A stretch of DNA of 64,000 nt from Candidatus Hydrogenedentota bacterium (GTDB lineage Bacteria > Hydrogenedentota > Hydrogenedentia > Hydrogenedentales > SLHB01): NCBI GenBank assembly GCA_045863335.1, contig BTVY01000001.1:232671-296670 (forward strand). Reading direction: 5' to 3'. The notes under the pieces are model-generated. The model made no database searches and was not told the origin of the DNA. It saw only the letters and a program-made list of their open reading frames with translations. Shown piece after piece: positions 58,597 to 64,000 of this stretch. Numbering within the stretch: the stretch's first letter is position 1; every line of letters begins with the position of its first letter. Both the position numbers and the translations under genes were made by a program.

Positions 58597-59970
58597 TTAG
58601 GCAAAGCACTTGAACAACGCACCCGTCTCGTCCATGTCCTCGAATCCCGTAACGTTAATTACTGCTTCTGCGAGCCTATCCTTCGGATTTCGGCCCTTGC
58701 CCAGCGCGCGTCGCTGCATGCCCCCTGCGATCAAATCCGCACACTCAAGCAGTACATTGCGCCCCTTTGTCATCGCCTCTACGGGCAAAACCGCCAACTG
58801 CCCTGGAAACTCCAGTGCCACCGAATCCTCGAGGTGCCTCTTCATGATTTCAAGGTAGATACCATCAAAGCCGGGCTCCGCTTCTTTGATTACCCGAATA
58901 CTTCGGTTCTCTGTCAAGCAGCCGTTCTGCTGCAAATGCTTCAATGAATCCAGGATGAGCTGGATGAACAAGGAGTCCATCGCATCCTGCGTTCGACCGC
59001 GAGACGCGATGGAATAGCCGAGGAATAGCACTCCGGCGCGGCGTTGAGAGAGTTGTTGGAGGAGGGAAACTGCTCGCCCAACCTTGTCAGCACCGGTCTC
59101 CGTGAAGTGGATCGTCTCGGCCCAGCCTCGCTGGTTTCGCCACTGCTCCAGGGCCGCATGATGCTTATCGTATTGCTTCCAATTGATAACGCAGACGCCA
59201 GCAACGCCTGTGTATGTTTTGTCGCCCTCGTTACCAGTTTCGTCCAGATAGAAGCGGATCTCCGGAAGCGCCTGATGTGCGACTATATATTCATGAAACT
59301 CGTGCTGCATCGCGCCACGTGCTTTGCGCGTGCCCTCCGTGCTCCGGAAGAGACGCAAATCGTTTTGAATGAAGCGCCGCGCGCGGCCGAGCGTCTCTAT
59401 GCGGTCCAATTCAAACAAGATGTCAAGCTCAAGCGGCTGCCATCGTTCGATGACGTCCGCCTGAAAAGTCCGCCAATAGCGCAGGCACAACGCAGTGTCG
59501 CTATCGCGCGTCTCGGGATAGCGTTCAAGAATCCGCGCCACGCGCTGCTCATGCTTCGCAAGGTGAGAATTCGCAATGTCCGCAAGCAATCGGTCGCGCT
59601 TCTCTGCATTTTCTGGCGAAAGCTCTGATTCCGGCGAAAGCGCCCATGGCTGCATCTCCGGGAGCGGCGTTTCTGTAGGGAAAAGAAACCCACTTTCATC
59701 CAGCCGCCTTGAAATGCGCGCCGCTGAAGAAGCCTCCGGAGTAGGCGAAACGGCGGCTTGGGCCGAAACCGACGGAGGTTTATCCTCCGATCCCCCAAGT
59801 TCGAGCAATCGTTCCCAGATCTTGTGCTTGTCTTGTGTTGTCGCCTTCGGCTTTATCTGACTACAGAGGGCCTCAAACTCTTGCGAATATGGAAGGTGTA
59901 CAACATCTGGACCCTCATTTCGGGCCAATTCCATGAGCATTTGGTTCGAATCGGGCTTCTTGTCTTTCAA
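58597..59970 (-). CDS. DUF3800 (RNase H-like) domain protein with N-terminal helical domain and disordered leader
   Basis: FYLDETGN...VAGVC, IHF, KE, LLECADLIAG acidic motifs; upstream domain RVARILERYPETRDSD..L...YW...RARRFIQN. Confidence 0.7.
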   Translation of the reverse strand: MKDKKPDSNQMLMELARNEGPDVVHLPYSQEFEALCSQIKPKATTQDKHKIWERLLELGGSEDKPPSVSAQAAVSPTPEASSAARISRRLDESGFLFPTETPLPEMQPWALSPESELSPENAEKRDRLLADIANSHLAKHEQRVARILERYPETRDSDTALCLRYWRTFQADVIERWQPLELDILFELDRIETLGRARRFIQNDLRLFRSTEGTRKARGAMQHEFHEYIVAHQALPEIRFYLDETGNEGDKTYTGVAGVCVINWKQYDKHHAALEQWRNQRGWAETIHFTETGADKVGRAVSLLQQLSQRRAGVLFLGYSIASRGRTQDAMDSLFIQLILDSLKHLQQNGCLTENRSIRVIKEAEPGFDGIYLEIMKRHLEDSVALEFPGQLAVLPVEAMTKGRNVLLECADLIAGGMQRRALGKGRNPKDRLAEAVINVTGFEDMDETGALFKCFA

Positions 59971-60175
59971 GATAACGATTCCCTACAGTCCTGCTTAAGA
60001 CGCATCAAGCGACTGCCGAAACAAAACTTTCCCCCACGCCCCTTTGAAGTCCTCAACCATCTCGTTCCGCCCAGCCCGACCTTTCCTATGGCTTGTTGCG
60101 CCATGGGTAAGCTCTTTCTGGTTCGACTAGATTCCTAGTGGTTCTCAGATACCCTGATACCGTGAAATAAGCCGG

Positions 60176-61633
60176 TCAAAACGTAACCGATTTTTCGGCT
60201 CTTTGCAGCAAGGTTGACAAGGCCTCGAGAATCTCATCATTGGATGCACCAACATTTCCCAGCACATCAAATTCTTTCCCGGGCTCCACACTTTGAAGGT
60301 ACTTACGAGGACTCTCCTTTGCTCGATTCCAGATTGTATCCGCTGCGTGGCCAGTTGCACCGATCGGGATTACAACCTTCTTCTCTCGAATCGCAATGTC
60401 TACTTCCTCAAATACCCCAGCCGACTCTTGGGTCTTTCCGTCAAGACCTTCTCCGTTACCGCAGAGCACAACTACTACCCCAGACCGGGCGATCAAGTCT
60501 TCCCTGTGTGCTTTGTTTTGTTGCGCGTGGCCACTGCCTTTCGTACCAGGGAATGGGCGCACTGTCACTCGATCTCGCTCGCCCCCTTTTGAAACTGCAA
60601 AAAGTGCTCGCAATGCTCCGACGACGCACTGTTCCCCGATCCCGTAGCCGAAACCAGACACCAAGTTGTACCCGTCAGAGATGAGGCGTGATCCGATGCA
60701 TCGAACAAGTCCTTCAATGCGATCACGTCCGAGTGGACCATAGTCGTGCGCCGCCCCAGAGACGAATACAGTCTTGCGGTGAATGAAGCTCGCCAGAGAC
60801 TCAATAATGTCTGTAATGTGGGCAAAGTCATCAACGAAAACCGTGTTGATGCCAAAACGATGCAAGTCTTGTTCCCTCAATTGCGTCTTGCGAAGTTCAT
60901 ATTCATAGTCTGATTTCAGTTGGCCATCGAGTTTTGGGGGGCATTGTGGCTTTCTCATGATGCAAAAGTGCTCTCGCTGGTTCTTCCCCAACAACACGCG
61001 GACGCGACTGAGAATGTAATCAATGTTGGGATCCGTGAAGCTGAAGCCGAGAAAAAGAAATGTCTTGGATATGAGGTCCCCTTTCAGACTCTCAACGAAC
61101 AATTGACGCCGCTGTTCATACTGTTCATAGTCATCCTTTGTGATCACCGCGTCCTGTGGTTGCGTCACACATCCATGCATTTTGTAGACTATGACATCGC
61201 GTCCGCGGCGGCTTTGGGCAAGGTTTTCCTGCGTGATTTTGAGGTCAACGGTTTTCCCAGCCTCCTCGAACGACTTCTCCAGAAGTTGGTCGTAGTTTGT
61301 TGTCCATACTGACGCGAACGGCAGGCGCGCGAGAATCGCATGGCTCCGAGTTAATTCTGCGCCTTCGCTCAACTCGTCAATTATCGCCTGGTTGATTCGA
61401 CTTCGATTTTGCTTTTCGTTTACGTGGTATTGGGCAACTGCGATGAGATCGTGTTCACGATTAATATCGAGCTTTAGGTCCTTCGCAATATCACTTAGCA
61501 ACGCTTTCCAGTCGACAAAACCGGCCGAGCGCGATAGGCCAGCGCCCGCAAATAGCGCGACATCTCCAGTTTCGACACTCTTAGCGTACCGTCGAATAAA
61601 CTGTTGCTGGCTTTCATCCGGAGTCCAAAGCAT
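60176..61633 (-). CDS. thsA: Thoeris type I effector ThsA (SIR2 NADase + SLOG/STALD sensor)
   Basis: SIR2 motifs FAGAGLS, WTTNYD, KMHG, FLFLGFSFTDPN; SLOG motifs VFVSGA, LVSGFGYGIG, RPFP, GN...GV.EE, IPIGATG.AA. Confidence 0.9.
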   Translation of the reverse strand: MLWTPDESQQQFIRRYAKSVETGDVALFAGAGLSRSAGFVDWKALLSDIAKDLKLDINREHDLIAVAQYHVNEKQNRSRINQAIIDELSEGAELTRSHAILARLPFASVWTTNYDQLLEKSFEEAGKTVDLKITQENLAQSRRGRDVIVYKMHGCVTQPQDAVITKDDYEQYEQRRQLFVESLKGDLISKTFLFLGFSFTDPNIDYILSRVRVLLGKNQREHFCIMRKPQCPPKLDGQLKSDYEYELRKTQLREQDLHRFGINTVFVDDFAHITDIIESLASFIHRKTVFVSGAAHDYGPLGRDRIEGLVRCIGSRLISDGYNLVSGFGYGIGEQCVVGALRALFAVSKGGERDRVTVRPFPGTKGSGHAQQNKAHREDLIARSGVVVVLCGNGEGLDGKTQESAGVFEEVDIAIREKKVVIPIGATGHAADTIWNRAKESPRKYLQSVEPGKEFDVLGNVGASNDEILEALSTLLQRAEKSVTF

Positions 61634-61697
61634 CAAAAATCGCCTTTAGTTTTGCCAGGACCAGTCCAAAAAAACTGTATGTTACACGAATAATATC

Positions 61698-62072
61698 TCA
61701 ACTCAAGAGCTTCTTGAGATTCTCCCAATTCCAAGAATACAGTCGCCCAGCGTTGCTTACGGGCGTGTAGTTACCATCTCTATAACCGATTATCTGCACT
61801 ATCGGTACTTTCGCAGATCTCGCCATGGCAACTTCTTTTAGGACTCCCGGTGCACAATGCGTTTTTGGCCCAACCATCACTATGACAATATCAGACTGTT
61901 CAATGGCGCGACGCGCTTTCTCTTCCCATGTTTTCTGCGGAGCAGCTTCCTTAAGTGAAGTATCTATGATCTCAAATGGCGAGTCACCCAGGCGGGCTTG
62001 TGCGACTATGAACGTTTTCAATTTCTGGTCGTTGTCGAAGTCGAAGCTTATGAATGCTCTTTTTCGCCCCAT
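61698..62072 (-). CDS. thsB: Thoeris ThsB-like TIR domain protein (MTH538/DUF1863-like)
   Basis: RAFISFD, D.SL.E, I..SD.VIVMVG..T, conserved Glu in VLKEV; GGAG RBS; immediately upstream of thsA. Confidence 0.85.
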   Translation of the reverse strand: MGRKRAFISFDFDNDQKLKTFIVAQARLGDSPFEIIDTSLKEAAPQKTWEEKARRAIEQSDIVIVMVGPKTHCAPGVLKEVAMARSAKVPIVQIIGYRDGNYTPVSNAGRLYSWNWENLKKLLS

Positions 62073-62255
62073 TTCTCGATCTCCTGTGATGGGAGTAAGC
62101 GTGCCGTAATCGGTACGCACCGCAATATGGCTACCATACATAACCGTTCACCGCTAGTCAATTAGTGCGCGAGAGTCCAACACGCTCTGATTTTCCATAA
62201 GGTCCAGTTCCCACTGCAACACCTTGGCTGATCTCTACAAGGAGATCTCACACCC

Positions 62256-63989
62256 ATGCCAACCACCCCCAAACACACCACCCTCGGCACCCCCTGTGCC
62301 CGTTCCTGGTCCAACGACTGGATCGCCACCGTCGACGCAACCGAACAAGAACGCAACCACCGAATCTGCGGCGCCCGCCTACCGGACGCCACGCCCTGTT
62401 GCAACCAATCCGACCACCCCTCCGGACGCTGCCAATACCACGGCGGCTTCGACCTCACCGGCGCCCCCCCGGGCAACCGCAACCACGTGATCCACGGACT
62501 CTACTCCCGCCGCCTGAGACCCTGCACCCAAACCTGCCCCCACTGGCAAACCTGCCCAATCGCCAGCCAATATCTCAGCGAATGCGGCGAACACGCGAAC
62601 CCAGCTTCCCACCCGAATCGTCATCCCCGTGAAAACGGGGACCCATCTTCACAGTCCGTACCCAATCCCTGCGAAACCGGAGCTCCATCTTCACAATTTC
62701 CCGCCGCGTCCGGCCAATCCCACACGTCCGATCCGACTGATCGGCCCGATCCGTCCGATTCTTCTCTACAGACTCCAGCCTCCGGTCTCCAGCCTTCTCC
62801 AAATCCGCAATCCCCAGTCCGCAATCCGCAATTGAAATCTTCCCTCCAGTCTCCAGCCTCCGGTCTCCAGCCTACTTCGCCGCCAACCTGCGTATACCAG
62901 CAAATCGAATACAACACCGTCCTAACCGACGCCCTAGCCATCGTCGAATCCCAGCCTCACCCCAACCCCATGGGCATCCACACCGCCCACAACGTCGCCA
63001 CCCTCCAAGTCCTCGTCAGCACCGCCGCCGCCCAACTCACCCAGGCCTCCAGCCTCTTCGAGGTGCCACGGGCTTCCAGCCCGTGTCCCCCAGCCGTTCC
63101 ATGGGCTTCCAGCCCATGTAGGCGTCCCTCTTCTTCAGAAGCCTCCGAAGCCCCCCAAACCCCAACTCCTAACCCCAACGCCATCTTGGCCTTCACACGC
63201 CTCATGCGCGAGTATCGCCACACACTAAAACTCCTCCAAGCACCGGGGGTGACCCCCTTGAACCGTCAAAATTCCGCGGGTGCACCCCCGACCGCCGAGG
63301 GCGTCCTCCGCCACACCCAACGCATGCAACACGACACCAACCTCGACCCCGATTCCATCGCCGACGCCCAACTCGAACCCCAAACCCCCGAAACCCACGC
63401 CAAAGCCTACATCCAACAAGCCGCCCTCGCCGCCGGCCAAGGCCGCGACGTAGAAATGTGCGAAGCCTTCGACAACGCCGCCCTCCTCGACGAAGCCTAC
63501 GCCGAATCCGAACGCAGCCACGTCTTAGCCAGCTACCGCCCCGCCAGACACAGCGTCTCCGAAGAACTCGCCGAAGCCATCCTCGGCCACCTCCACCTCG
63601 AACCACCAACACCAAACGGCAACTACCAGCACACCGACAACACCACGCCGCAGAATTCGTCGACAACCCGCAGCAACACCAACGAATTCGCCACACCCAT
63701 TCCCCCTTCGAAGGGGGACCAAGGGGGATGTTCTTCAGAAAATGCGACGACAACCGGTCCCATCAACCAAGCCGAGGTCACACCCGATGCCAACGACATC
63801 CTCCAGTACTACCTCGATCTCATTCGAGACGGAAAAATGCCCCCCGAAGCCTTCCCCATCGGCTCCCCATACCGAGTCCAAGCCGAAGCCAACAACGCAA
63901 GCCCACCCGCCACCGTGTCCAATCCCGATCGCGAAGGCGGACCAGCCACGCCGGAGTTTCCCGACGGAGGCGGGTCCGCCCCGGCATAG
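62256..63989 (+). CDS. HGGxSTG-like (terminase small subunit N-terminus-like) protein with repeat-derived low-complexity inserts
   Basis: CGARL....PC......GRC.YHGG..LTGAPPGNRN...HGLYS, then C..TC....TCP; AAGGAG RBS; 577-codon open frame. Confidence 0.7.
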   Translation: MPTTPKHTTLGTPCARSWSNDWIATVDATEQERNHRICGARLPDATPCCNQSDHPSGRCQYHGGFDLTGAPPGNRNHVIHGLYSRRLRPCTQTCPHWQTCPIASQYLSECGEHANPASHPNRHPRENGDPSSQSVPNPCETGAPSSQFPAASGQSHTSDPTDRPDPSDSSLQTPASGLQPSPNPQSPVRNPQLKSSLQSPASGLQPTSPPTCVYQQIEYNTVLTDALAIVESQPHPNPMGIHTAHNVATLQVLVSTAAAQLTQASSLFEVPRASSPCPPAVPWASSPCRRPSSSEASEAPQTPTPNPNAILAFTRLMREYRHTLKLLQAPGVTPLNRQNSAGAPPTAEGVLRHTQRMQHDTNLDPDSIADAQLEPQTPETHAKAYIQQAALAAGQGRDVEMCEAFDNAALLDEAYAESERSHVLASYRPARHSVSEELAEAILGHLHLEPPTPNGNYQHTDNTTPQNSSTTRSNTNEFATPIPPSKGDQGGCSSENATTTGPINQAEVTPDANDILQYYLDLIRDGKMPPEAFPIGSPYRVQAEANNASPPATVSNPDREGGPATPEFPDGGGSAPA

Positions 63990-64000
63990 CGCGAGGAAGT

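Noticed and set aside
58490-62250. Integron cassette array (attC sites) around the defence genes
   Set aside because: No convincing RYYYAAC...GTTRRRY bounded imperfect palindromes were seen in the gaps, and there is no integron integrase.
62256-63989. Prophage terminase small subunit marking a prophage
   Set aside because: Only the N-terminal GAPxGNxN..HGLYS motif resembles TerS. No large terminase, portal or other phage gene is in the window, although sequence beyond 64000 is unseen.

Overview
A GC-rich bacterial chromosomal segment. Its many Tat/secreted sulfatases, Gfo/Idh/MocA oxidoreductases and glycan enzymes suggest a Hydrogenedentes/PVC-like heterotroph (inference). Most of it is housekeeping or metabolic: serC, mnmG, ltaE, aroB, sat, ndh, budA, kdsB, tRNA-Pro(TGG). 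Several families of short dispersed repeats sit between the genes: REP-like palindromes and 7- or 9-bp periodic repeats. The most interesting part is the right end (about 58.3-64 kb). There a lower-GC cassette carries a type I Thoeris pair (a minimal TIR ThsB and a SIR2-SLOG ThsA) followed by a co-oriented DUF3800/RNase-H-like fusion gene. No integrase or transposase is nearby. The cassette is bracketed head-to-head by two copies of one unusual gene family: a full-length, strongly G-depleted HGGxSTG-like ORF built in-frame from the window's own intergenic repeat families, and a 3' remnant of a paralog. Secondary loci of interest are a FadR/SSS/kdsB/DHS-like/BNR cluster that may salvage ulosonic acids, and a sat/AlkP-family/degenerate cysC/GT4 cluster. 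All family assignments come from motif recognition by eye; no database searches were run.
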